NCBI GenBank assembly: GCA_051294375.1
Contig: CM119264.1
Location: forward strand, 3,938,247-4,002,246
DNA: 64,000 nt
Origin: Paraspadella gotoi
Taxonomy: Eukaryota; Animalia; Chaetognatha
Direction of reading: 5' to 3'
Part shown: one piece after another, positions 48,096 through 59,650 of the stretch
Layout of the letters: each line of letters begins with the position of its first letter
How positions within the stretch are numbered: position 1 is the first letter of the stretch
Position numbers and translations under genes: made by a program
The notes under the pieces: generated by a model
What the model was told of the DNA's origin: nothing
The model's database searches: none
Seen by the model: only the letters and a program-made list of their open reading frames with translations

Positions 48096-48847
48096 AAGAG
48101 AGAGTGAGAGAAAAGAGAGAGAGATAGAAGAAAGAAAGAAAAGAGAAAAAGAAAAAGAAAGACAGAACGAAAGAAAGAAAGAAAGAAGACAGAAAGAAGA
48201 AAAAGGAAAGTCCAATAAGCAGTAACTTTTATTATTTCGTCTTTTAAATTCATTTTAAAATAAATTTTAAAAAAATTCGAATAATGCCGCAAGGGTCTCG
48301 TCTTCGCACCGGCACCTGCCACGATTTTCCCGATCGGCGCCGCAATGGTGGCGTGATTCGTGGCGGACGTCTCGGTTTTTTTTCGTCCCTGAACTTTTCA
48401 AACCCGTCCTCGCCTCCCTCCGCCCCCTCCCCCTTGGCCTACGCCCCTCCGCCCCCTCGCCCTGGGCTCCTCCCCCCCCTCCGCCCCTCTCCGCCCCATC
48501 GCCCCCCTCGACTCGGTTCCGGGAATGAAAAAACCTTCCATTTCTTTCGTCTCTTATTAGAAACCATAAATCCAGAAGCGAATGTCCATTTCCCTCTTTC
48601 CAGCAAACAAGCGAGAACGTTAAACCGAGGCTCGGGTTACTTTCGGTCTCTCTATCTGTCTGTCAGTCTTGTCTGTCTTTGTTCCTGCTTTCTGCGTGTC
48701 TTTCGTCTGTTAGCTGTATGTTTGTCTGTCTTTTTCGTCTGTGACTTTGTGTTGTCTGTCTGTTTTTAGTTATTGTTTCTTTTTATATATCTGTCTGTTC
48801 TATCTGTCTGTATCGTTGGTCATGTCTAACTATCAGCCTCCTCTCTC

Positions 48848-48897
<50 letters not shown>

Positions 48898-48928
48898 TTC
48901 TTCTCTCTCTCTCTCCTTCTTCCTCTCA

Positions 48929-48959
<31 letters not shown>

Positions 48960-49123
48960 ACTCTCTCATCGCAATTACAAAAGAGTTGATGACTTTTCCC
49001 AACCGGACGTAACAACAAGTCGAAGAATGCTTTAGGTCCTCGCGACATATTTTCGCCTTATTTTCTCCCCCGAGTTTTGTAGTTTTTTGCTTCTCGTTTG
49101 GCGATAGAGAGAGAGAGAGAGAC

Positions 49124-49175
<52 letters not shown>

Positions 49176-50434
49176 TAGCCAAACCTCCTCGCTCAAGGAA
49201 AAAATACAAATAAAAAAAGGAGACACAGACCGCAGCGCCACGTCGCGCCAGGTACGAAAACGATTGAATAAAATGGAAAAAAATAAGCAAAACAGAATGA
49301 CGACGACGACGAAGACGACGACGACCACGATGCCTAATGACGTGCGCCAATCTGTCCCCCACTAATGAGGGTGTCGGGACGCCGTAGCCTCGTTCATCAC
49401 AACGCCGCGTTCCCACNNNNNNNNNNNNNNNNNNNNNNNNNNNNNNNNNNNNNNNNNNNNNNNNNNNNNNNNNNNNNNNNNNNNNNNNNNNNNNNNNNNN
49501 NNNNNNNNNNNNNNNNNNNNNNNNNNNNNNNNNNNNNNNNNNNNNNNNNNNNNNNNNNNNNNNNNNNNNNNNNNNNNNNNNNNNNNNNNNNNNNNNNNNN
49601 NNNNNNNNNNNNNNNNNNNNNNNNNNNNNNNNNNNNNNNNNNNNNNNNNNNNNNNNNNNNNNNNNNNNNNNNNNNGAGAGTGAGAGAGAGAGTGTGTGTT
49701 TTTTTCCGCGAGGCTTGCTCCATTGGAACACTCCAACAGTAGTTTTTTTTTTGTTTTTCATCCTTCGTTGTTGTTTCGATGGGTTAATCGCTTTGTTTAA
49801 GATCGCCTCCGTTTTGTTGTTGTTGTCATGATTGTTGTTGTTGTTGTTTGCCCCGATCGGCTCTAATCGCCTCCCGGGTCGACGGTTCATGACTAAAACA
49901 TAAAAGGCAAGTGAGCGAGAGTGGGAAGAAAACAAAGGCAAAGGGGATTCTATTTATAGATTAGAAAGAAAAGGAAGGAGGAAAGGAGAAAGAGAGAAGA
50001 AGGAAAAGGAGGAAGAGAGAAAATAGAAGAAAAATAGGAAAGAAAAGAGAGGAAAGGAGGAAGAGAGAAAAAACAAAAGAAAAAAGTATGTAGAGATATC
50101 AGGCAAAATAAGAAATACTGGGAAGGTAGAGAAGCAATGCAGAAAAAATATTCTTTATAGATAAGAAAGGAAAGAGAGGAAGGAAGAAGAAAAATGAAGG
50201 AAGGAAGGAAGGGAAAAGGAAGGTCGAAGAGAATGATGGAAGAAAAATAGCTTTAAAATTAATATAATTAAAAATAAAAGCAAAAAAAAAAAAAGAATCG
50301 AAATTCAAACCATAAAATGTCTCGCGATTCGGATGGCAAAACTCTTTTGAGGCTTAATTCTGCCCAACTGGCACGCTAGCACATTGATTCACCTCTCGAT
50401 GGCAACAGTCGACGCAAAGGAATATCCGTTTCAC

Positions 50435-50540
<106 letters not shown>

Positions 50541-50791
50541 TTCCCACGGCATCGATCGATCCCATTTGTTTACTATTACATTTCGCCGATCGATTCGCCT
50601 CCGGTTCGAGTTGAGCACGGATCGTCGGATCTCGGCTTCTCCCCGTATTTGTTTATTTACTTGTTTTTATTGGATTTGATGTCGCGCATTTCGATTCCAT
50701 TCCTCGCAAACGTCCGTCAATCTGTCCACCGACTCGAGAAGACATCCATATAATAATAATAATAATAAATCTCTCCTTTTTATACTTTAAT

Positions 50792-51152
50792 ATGGCGAAT
50801 ATTACGGAAATGACGAAAAAATCTGCGACGTTCTTTCGCTCACTCTTCGCTCTGTCTCTCTCTCTATCTTTTCTCCTTCTCTGTCTCGCTTCTACTTCCG
50901 AGGCAACGGCCTTCGAAGCGGACACCATCGCCACGGACCGCGATAACGGTTCCGAGTTTAGCGTCAACGTCGACAGCGATTGTAGTCTTCGAGAAAACGC
51001 AAATGGCATAGGAGCCAACGGAAGTGGCCAAGTCCCGGATGTAATGGCGATTTGCAGTTCGAATCTGACGGTGACTTTGGCGTTTTACATTTTAAAAGCG
51101 GACGCAGAGAAAAAGAGAGAGGGCGCTGTGAAAAGTCTGAAAGATCTCGAAG
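50792..51152 (+). CDS. Divergent ionotropic receptor (iGluR/IR family), exon 1 with signal peptide
   Basis: Signal-peptide-like M...FFRSLFALSLSLSFLLLCLASTSEA, N-glycosylation sequons, and a phase-1 donor GAAG|gtgaga. Confidence 0.65.
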
Positions 51153-51299
51153 GTGAGACAAAAACAAAAGACGTTTTGTAAAAAGCATAAGAATTTAAAA
51201 GTTGATAGCGGAGAAAGCAAAGAAAAAGAAACTCAATAAAACAAATCATAATAAAAACTAAGAAATACAAATACAAATAATACATACATACATATGCAG

Positions 51300-51472
51300 G
51301 CAACAGCGTCAATATTTGGCGCGAATTTTTCGACTTTTGTCCACTGCGCCATCGCCTCTTCAATATTTCCTTGGAAAATGGCGCCCTAAATCTGAGTCAC
51401 ATTTTCGCGGCGTCGTCTGGCGTCGATGCTCTTCTCAACGGAATCGAACTTTCGTCTCATAATTTTCGTTGG
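51300..51472 (+). CDS. Divergent ionotropic receptor, exon 2 (S1-like: GNSVNIWREFFDFC...VDALLNGIELSSHNFR)
   Basis: Acceptor tgcag|GC is in phase with exon 1. Resembles IR S1 (G..i.i...l...D......t..R). The donor position is uncertain. Confidence 0.65.
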
Positions 51473-51839
51473 GTGAAGTTTGAATGTTGTTTAATGTTCA
51501 TAATGATGTTTATAAGTATTACNNNNNNNNNNNNNNNNNNNNNNNNNNNNNNNNNNNNNNNNNNNNNNNNNNNNNNNNNNNNNNNNNNNNNNNNNNNNNN
51601 NNNNNNNNNNNNNNNNNNNNNNNNNNNNNNNNNNNNNNNNNNNNNNNNNNNNNNNNNNNNNNNNNNNNNNNNNNNNNNNNNNNNNNNNNNNNNNNNNNNN
51701 NNNNNNNNNNNNNNNNNNNNNNNNNNNNNNNNNNNNNNNNNNNNNNNNNNNNNNNNNNNNNNNNNNNNNNNNNNNNNNNNNNNNNNNNNNNNNNNNNNNN
51801 NNNNNNNNNNNNNNNNNNNNNNNNNNNNNNNNNNNNNNN

Positions 51840-52446
51840 TTTTTCACCAAATTTCTTTCCTGGCACCAATGGGCATGCGGGATCGCTCTCGTAGGATTCG
51901 GTGCTGCCTCGGCCTGGCTCGTCGCTGCGTCCGAAGCGGCGTCCTGCGTCGACGCCGCCTCTCGCGTTTCTCGCTCGACCGGCGCCGTTCGTTCCTTCGC
52001 TCTTCTCCTCTTCGGCGCCGGCGTTGACGACGCTGAATCCTCGACGGCGTCGTGGGCGTTGACGATGACGTGGGCGGCGTCGGCCTTTGGCTTCTCCGTC
52101 CTCTTCTCGGCCCACATTTCGTCCGGGATGACGGTGGACAAGATCGTGGGGAATATGAAGACGCTGGACGATCTTCTCCAAAGTCGCGCCACCTTCTTTT
52201 GGCTGAAGCATCATAAGAACATCAATCACTCTCTCGTTGCGGAGCTGAGGGAGAGATACGAGAAATTCAAGACGCCGAAGATGGAGAAATACGAGTCGCT
52301 GGAGCCGGAGAAGTGGCCGTCTTTGACAATGGAGCTGCTGGAGGAAGGACACGCCCTCGTTACGGTGGCTGGATATTTGGCCTTGCAGTTGAAGATGGAG
52401 GATAAGAAAACAAAAATGGATCCAAAGAAATTTGATGAGTCGAAAG
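51840..52446 (+). CDS. Divergent ionotropic receptor, M1-P-M3-S2 exon (5' end lies in a gap)
   Basis: FTKFLSWHQWACGIALVGFG (M1), VRSFALLL (pore), WAASAFGFSVLFSAHISSGMTV (M3, degenerate SYTANLAAF), MKTLDDLL (start of S2). Donor AAAG|gtaagg. Confidence 0.8.
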
Positions 52447-52823
52447 GTAAGGANNNNNNNNNNNNNNNNNNNNNNNNNNNNNNNNNNNNNNNNNNNNNNN
52501 NNNNNNNNNNNNNNNNNNNNNNNNNNNNNNNNNNNNNNNNNNNNNNNNNNNNNNNNNNNNNNNNNNNNNNNNNNNNNNNNNNNNNNNNNNNNNNNNNNNN
52601 NNNNNNNNNNNNNNNNNNNNNNNNNNNNNNNNNNNNNNNNNNNNNNNNNNNNNNNNNNNNNNNNNNNNNNNNNNNNNNNNNNNNNNNNNNNNNNNNNNNN
52701 NNNNNNNNNNNNNNNNNNNNNNNNNNNNNNNNNNNNNNNNNNNNNNNNNNNNNNNNCAAGATAAAGATCACATCTTATTCTTAAGTTATTTAAATTAAAT
52801 AAAATTTATAAAATTTATTTCAG

Positions 52824-52858
52824 GCTCAAAAGACAACGTCGATTATAATACCTTATAA
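52824..52858 (+). CDS. Probable short terminal exon of the IR gene (GSKDNVDYNTL*)
   Basis: Acceptor atttcag|GC, phase 1, ending at TAA. Confidence 0.4.
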
Positions 52859-53725
52859 TCGCTTATAAAATAGACAATTTACAAAATAATAATGAAAANN
52901 NNNNNNNNNNNNNNNNNNNNNNNNNNNNNNNNNNNNNNNNNNNNNNNNNNNNNNNNNNNNNNNNNNNNNNNNNNNNNNNNNNNNNNNNNNNNNNNNNNNN
53001 NNNNNNNNNNNNNNNNNNNNNNNNNNNNNNNNNNNNNNNNNNNNNNNNNNNNNNNNNNNNNNNNNNNNNNNNNNNNNNNNNNNNNNNNNNNNNNNNNNNN
53101 NNNNNNNNNNNNNNNNNNNNNNNNNNNNNNNNNNNNNNNNNNNNNNNNNNNNNNNNNNNNNNNNNNNNNNNNNNNNNNNNNNNNNNNNNNNNNNNNNNNN
53201 NNNNNNNNNNNNNNNNNNNNNNNNNNNNNNNNNNNNNNNNNNNNNNNNNNNNNNNNNNNNNNNNNNNNNNNNNNNNNNNNNNNNNNNNNNNNNNNNNNNN
53301 NNNNNNNNNNNNNNNNNNNNNNNNNNNNNNNNNNNNNNNNNNNNNNNNNNNNNNNNNNNNNNNNNNNNNNNNNNNNNNNNNNNNNNNNNNNNNNNNNNNN
53401 NNNNNNNNNNNNNNNNNNNNNNNNNNNNNNNNNNNNNNNNNNNNNNNNNNNNNNNNNNNNNNNNNNNNNNNNNNNNNNNNNNNNNNNNNNNNNNNNNNNN
53501 NNNNNNNNNNNNNNNNNNNNNNNNNNNNNNNNNNNNNNNNNNNNNNNNNNNNNNNNNNNNNNNNNNNNNNNNNNNNNNNNNNNNNNNNNNNNNNNNNNNN
53601 NNNNNNNNNNNNNNNNNNNNNNNNNNNNNNNNNNNNNNNNNNNNNNNNNNNNNNNNNNNNNNNNNNNNNNNNNNNNNNNNNNNNNNNNNNNNNNNNNNNN
53701 NNNNNNNNNNNNNNNNNNNNNNNNN

Positions 53726-54058
53726 GCAGCGAATTCTCATTGATACTCTTCAACCTAAAACGGAATTCCTGAGGATTGAACCTGGGAGGCTCGGACGAAC
53801 GTTTTCTAAAGACGAGATGATTTAGCGGGCTGAACAATTTCGACGAAACGCCGTACAATCTTTTGTTCTTAAAGAACTCATTTTCAGGAGAAATTTTTGC
53901 TTTTGTGGATTGTGATGCAAGTAACTTTTCGAACAATAGCGAACTAAGAGCAAAAACAAAAAAACAAAGGTTTTTAAAAAAAATATTTTAATGAGAGCAA
54001 CAGTCATTAATAATCAATGAGACGAAACGCACACAAACAGACCAACACACTTTGCCAT
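53726..54058 (-). CDS. 5' exons of an unknown gene (exon 54058-54051; exon 53943 into the gap): MANSLLFEKLLASQSTKAKISPENEFFKNKRLYG...
   Basis: ATG GCA AA|gtgtgt ... ctcttag|T splices in phase into an open frame of ~72 codons that runs into the N gap. An X-box lies immediately upstream. Confidence 0.5.
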
Positions 54059-54077
54059 TCCAACATGGCGTCGCTGC

Positions 54078-54091
54078 GTCGCCATGGCAAC
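54078..54091. promoter_or_regulatory. RFX X-box GTCGCCATGGCAAC
   Basis: Matches the RFX consensus GTYNCYATRGNAAC. Adjacent YY1-like aacatggcg at 54062-54070. Lies about 20 bp from the candidate ATG. Confidence 0.65.
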
Positions 54092-54930
54092 GACCTTCGT
54101 CACGTCTTCCTCTTCCCAACGCAATTTAAATTTTCCCGCAAAATCGCAACGTAAACAAACTTTTTTTTTTTAAAAGTCAGCGAAAAAAAAAATGAGAAGA
54201 CAAAAGGCGTTAGAGAGTTTACTGTTAAAGTTGATAAGGGGAAGGGAGGAGGAGGAGGAAGAGGAGGAGGAGGAGGAGGAAGAGGAGGAGGAAGAGAAGG
54301 AAGAGCAGGGGAGGCGGAAGAATTGAAGGAAAGGAGAAAGCCCTAATGCGACATTGCACGATACCCGACGGCGTGAGGGATATTTTGAGCCTCTCGAAAC
54401 TTGAGTGGCGGAAATTCGTGGATGAGCCGGCGCCACGATTCTGCGACGTCAAGCGTCTGGGAGGAGATGAATAGAACCGGAGCGAATGTGAAATGCTTTT
54501 TCATATCGCAATAACACAACGGAGCAAATCCCTTCGATAACGAGGTACAACCATTAGTAGAAAGATGTAACGGCAACGAATTTTGAGCCTGGTTCAATGT
54601 TTTATCTTTTATATATAAACGTTTAAAATGAATAAAGAGAGATCATAAACTCAAAAATAAATTAGATGAATAAAAAAGAAAAAAAAGAAAAGAAGAAGCC
54701 ATTGAAGAGATGACGTCATTAGTGAAGAAGAAAATGAATTTCCATTTANNNNNNNNNNNNNNNNNNNNNNNNNGAAAGTAAGCTAAAACTGGTTCCCTTG
54801 TTCATAAATAGGTGCTCGAGACCTTATACTTGCCCCCTCCAGTCTTCCTCTCTCTTCTGCTACCTAATTTTTCTTTGAACATAAGCCAAATGATCCTATT
54901 AAAATAGATCCCTGGACCTATTTCGGAATT

Positions 54931-54969
<39 letters not shown>

Positions 54970-57900
54970 CGTTTAAATGGACTCACATAAAATATTATGA
55001 ACTAATTCATAAGAAACTATAAATACAAAACAAATACAAATACAAGAACGTTCAAAATTCAATTTTAAACCAAAAAATATGGAAACAAGACAAAAAACAA
55101 AAATAATAAAGCATAACGAAAAACAACGTTATAAAACAAGAAACAAAATAAAAATAATATAAGCATTAAATGAAATATAATTAGATAAAATGTATTGTAA
55201 GTATAAAGTCGTAGTAAGGGCAGATAAAGGGCAGTAAACGAAAACATAGGATTTTTTTTTTATAAAAAAATTAATTGTTTAATGTAAAAAACAAAAATGT
55301 CTAGTATATTTATAAAAGTGATTATGCGATAAGTGTCAAGGGATTTATTTTATGAACATTCATTATAATAAGATCAATTTGTTATATTACAATGTGTATG
55401 TATGGGACAAGATGGGCACAATGCTAATAATATGAAATACAAAAAACTACATCAATTATATACATATACTACTACATATAATTACACACATTACACATAT
55501 ACATACATATATATATAAGCACACAAAATCAACAGAGAAGAACCTTATAAAAACTAAAGAGCGCTAATAAAAACAAAGAGACAAAAGAGACGCAAAAACG
55601 AAATGAGATGCTAACAAAGAGACGCTAAAAACGAAATGAGTATATCACTGTATCACGTATCACGCTAATAAAACAAAGAAAATAAAAAATAAAGAGACGC
55701 TATGAAAAATAATGATAATAATAATAAAACAAATGCATGTAAACATTACCACATAAAAATAAACATGTGGTCCCACAATACCCATACGAGCGACCCTCAT
55801 GATTAAATATAGTTCCAATAGCCAATTTTTAACCCGTTTTATTAGTTTCCCCACTCTATCAGTCCATCCCTCATTAATGTACACCAGTACAATTATTTCA
55901 ATAAGATTCGTTTTTAAACTATTCCCAATCTGCCACTTAATTGGCCACCCAATATCTTGTTCTAATAACCTTCTCAAATGAAATAACAAAATTTTCCACA
56001 GTCTTCAGTCTTTCAGTCTTTCGTCTTTTACATATGGAAATTTTTTCAATTTTTTTGCAATGCAATGGCTATAGTGGTATAGGAAAAGAGAATAGAAATG
56101 TAGTATTTGCAAGAAAGACATTTGTATTTTTATTTTATTATACAGATTCATTAAAGAAAGAAAAGAAGAAAAATATTGAGAAATTCCCATAATTATGATA
56201 CAGTCCAATTATAGAGTAACATATGTAAATAATTTTTTCGTTTCTTTGTGTTAAAATCATTTTATACATCTATATACAATTTATTAATAAAAAATTCGTA
56301 CATAGTGACACTGCATCGTCGTAAGAAGTTATACGTCGTTTACTATACGCATCTCGCCGACATATGACTAGATACTGTAGATCTTTATCCTAATAGAATT
56401 GTGGAGTCGCTAACTGCAATGGTGGCGTGATTCTCTCGCTATGTGCTCGGCGGTACTTCTACTGAGTATTTGGATATTATAGCGTCGCCTAAACATTTAC
56501 ACAAAACCCTCAATCAATACCTCTTACACGCCCCTCTATAACTCCCACCAACCTTGGGGTCCACTAACCATAACGCTCCTCTAGCTACCGTCTCAAATGA
56601 GAAGCCATATCTTAATACAATCTTCCACTCTACTCTCGATCGTGTCAGCGAGCTCCTTCTGTGTCCCTAACCGCCTCTCTCATCCCTTCACTCGCACCCT
56701 CTACTGTCTCCTCACATTAATTTTATCTTTCAATAAAACGGTGTAAGTCCCAGCCTCAAACCCTATGAAAGGCTGTCCTAGTGAGTTGTTATCTATAAAA
56801 TCAGCGTGACGCCGACGGACGACGACTAACGTCACAAAGGCAAGGCGATTACATAAATGATGATATAAAATAGAGTCAGCGCCACCCGCAACTCGACCTG
56901 TGTTCCTGGTCTCGATAATAATACTAGTGCGCTTCTAGCCCATTCTTTATAAATCATTTTGGTTCATTTCGTAGAGTTAAAGTTTTTTCAGAAATTTTGA
57001 AGTTTCATTGTGAAGTTTTCCTTCAAATCAAACTTCAGACCGCACCCATTGACAAGAGTTCTGGTGCTAACTTATAGTCTCGGTAATAGTTTTGGCTAAG
57101 TAATATATTAGTTACAAGACCCTGCATAAAGCGACGGCAGAACCGTGTGTACTGGCCCGCAGTCGCAGAATGAAACCGGCTAGACCTTAACCACATCCAA
57201 TCTACTAGCTCACCCCTCCGATTTATACCTTTCAATTTTATTGTTTATCTCTTATTAATCCATTCGCGACAAACTCTTTCGATTGAACTCGTTCACTAAT
57301 ATACTGCCCCGTTAAACGCACGCTGGGCGATCTCTCAGATCTAAGCTCTTCGGTCTCTCATCCTCTCTGTGTATCTGTGCCATTCGTGTGTGTCTTTTCT
57401 GCCCTGGCTGCGTCTTCTGCGTGTCTATTTGTTCGTAGCTCGTGTCTTAGTCGTAGTCTGTCTTATGTCTGCTCTGTTCTGTCTTATTCGTATACTTGTG
57501 GACTGTGTTTTCTCTCCTCTGGTCTCTGTTTTAGTTCATCTTTGTTGACTTTAATGCCAACTTGGTGGGTAGTTATAATTCTCCCCCGCGTACATATCTA
57601 GTGATCTAGATATATGTGGTTGGTCTTATTGGATGGCAAACTTATACTGGAGGCTCTTTCTCATAACTCTGCTCGTCACACATACTCTCTCGGCTTTCGT
57701 CGCTCTCGTGGTGCTGGCCTCTGGTGCATCTCGAAATTTACCAAATAGCATAATATGTCTCTACAGATTATTACATCTCTCATTACTCTTGTATCTTACT
57801 TCATCTCATTGCTGTCATAACATGATACTTATACTGCAATTAGTCTTTCGTCGTGCTATGCGTTGTCTAATGCATCATCAATACTCGCTCTCTCCTCTTC

Positions 57901-58079
57901 ACTTCTTCGTCTCGTCAAGTAGGTGCCGATAAAAGTCGAAAAATATAATCCGCTAAATAGCAACTTCTCTCAGAAAGTATATATAGTGTGAAGTCATTAA
58001 CCCCTCAATATATAAACCAAAAAAACAACACATAAATAAACAATCGTTTGGAAGAATAAATTAGCCGCAGTTTGGTCGA

Positions 58080-59650
58080 GAGTCTCATAAAGGATCTCTG
58101 CTCGATCGAAAGGAAATCGCCGCTGCTGATAAGACAGAACCAGAACGTGTGAAGGTCCAGGAGTCCGGCGTCCCGTATCTTATGTGAGCTTTAGTCTGGC
58201 CAGCTCGACCAGATTAAATATGATTTCGACCTATTATATCTACCCTCCGTTCGCTCATTTTGATGACGCGTAAGATTTTTTGCGTCCTTCCTGATCAATA
58301 TCCTAGTACCCTTGCACAATCCATAATCATATCATAGTAATGGTTGAGCAAGTATGAGCTTTCCTTGACGTAAATGAAATTGAGGTATTGCTGGTGAGAT
58401 GGAAACTATGGCAATGTAAAAGAACTCGATGTAGATTGTGAGACGCAGATCCTGGGTTGGCAGGCTGAGGAAGGGGCATTCGCATTTGTTTATTCTCTTG
58501 TCAAAGTCAGGATACAGAGGACATCTGTAGATAAGTGACGAAGAAGAGAACAAGAGGCAGAACAAAAGCAGAGTGAGAGCTCGCTTTCTTGAGAGTGAGA
58601 CCAAGACACATGCGTCGACCACTATAGGTATCCGAATCTCTATTATCAAAAAGTATTTAATAGAAAACTGTATTAAATAAAAATATAGAAGGTGATATGG
58701 CGACCCAGACGTCATTGTCGTTTTCCAATCTTGTGATCGTACAGCATCACAAAGTTGTAACAGAAAAATTCGCAATTACTGAAATGGGTCTATAGAAGAA
58801 GAATAATTAAAGCTCAGGAACACATGCCATGTAATTGACAGCAAAATCGGAAGCGTACGTGGATAAGCCAATCTGTTAGCAGAATGTCCATCTGTCGAGC
58901 GGATGGTCTCGCGCAAGGGCCTAAGCTCAAAATTTTCTTTACTCCCTATACATTTTGTTTTTGGTACGTGATCGCTGCCTTGTATGATTCTCATTGACTG
59001 ATCAGTGGCGGAAAGTGAAACCTCGTAGTCCAGAGTTTGTGATAAATCGTCTACTGTATTAGTAACCAGTAACAAGTAAAAAGATGAATCTAAACGATCG
59101 GAGATTCTAAGAGTTGCGTATCCGCGAGGGTCAGATTACAGGTTGCATGAATCTCTTCCTCTGTGGCAACAGACCTGTGTGCCACATCGATAATGTCTAT
59201 ACTTTTCCAGACGCTTGTGCTTAAGCTCCTGTGTCTATATTGTGTGATACACTCTCTAATTATTGCTAACTTCAATAGATTTAGACATTATTTTTGCCAT
59301 CATTTCATATTCTCTTGCTGTACAAAAGAATACTACTCGTTAAAAATAACTCTGGAATTCATCAGAAGCTTAGTCTATGAGCAGAGCTCGGTGATTTCTA
59401 TTTGATCCTGCTAATTATAAACTATGATTTATCTTTTTTCTCTCCATACTGCTTCTAAATATGAGCCACGCTTTATAAAAAAAAGGATTGGCTATGAGTC
59501 CAGCCTATAGTATATCTTACTACTCTAAAATGAACATAGCCAAATCACTGGGTGAAATTTCTATGCGTCAATATTTATCGGTCAAGCATTATATTCTTTA
59601 CGTTAGTATAACAATTCTAATGAAAAGGTGATTCTTTGGACTCCTAATTA
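58080..59650 (+). mobile_element. Possible heavily garbled Gypsy RNase H/integrase remnant
   Basis: Weak motif traces in the expected order: YDFDLLY (~58220), QSCDR (~58730), FG...LTDQ (~58960-59005). Sequence quality is too low to be sure. Confidence 0.3.

Noticed and set aside
52853-53743. Long ORFs in the track spanning N runs
   Set aside because: Their length comes from N gaps translated as X.
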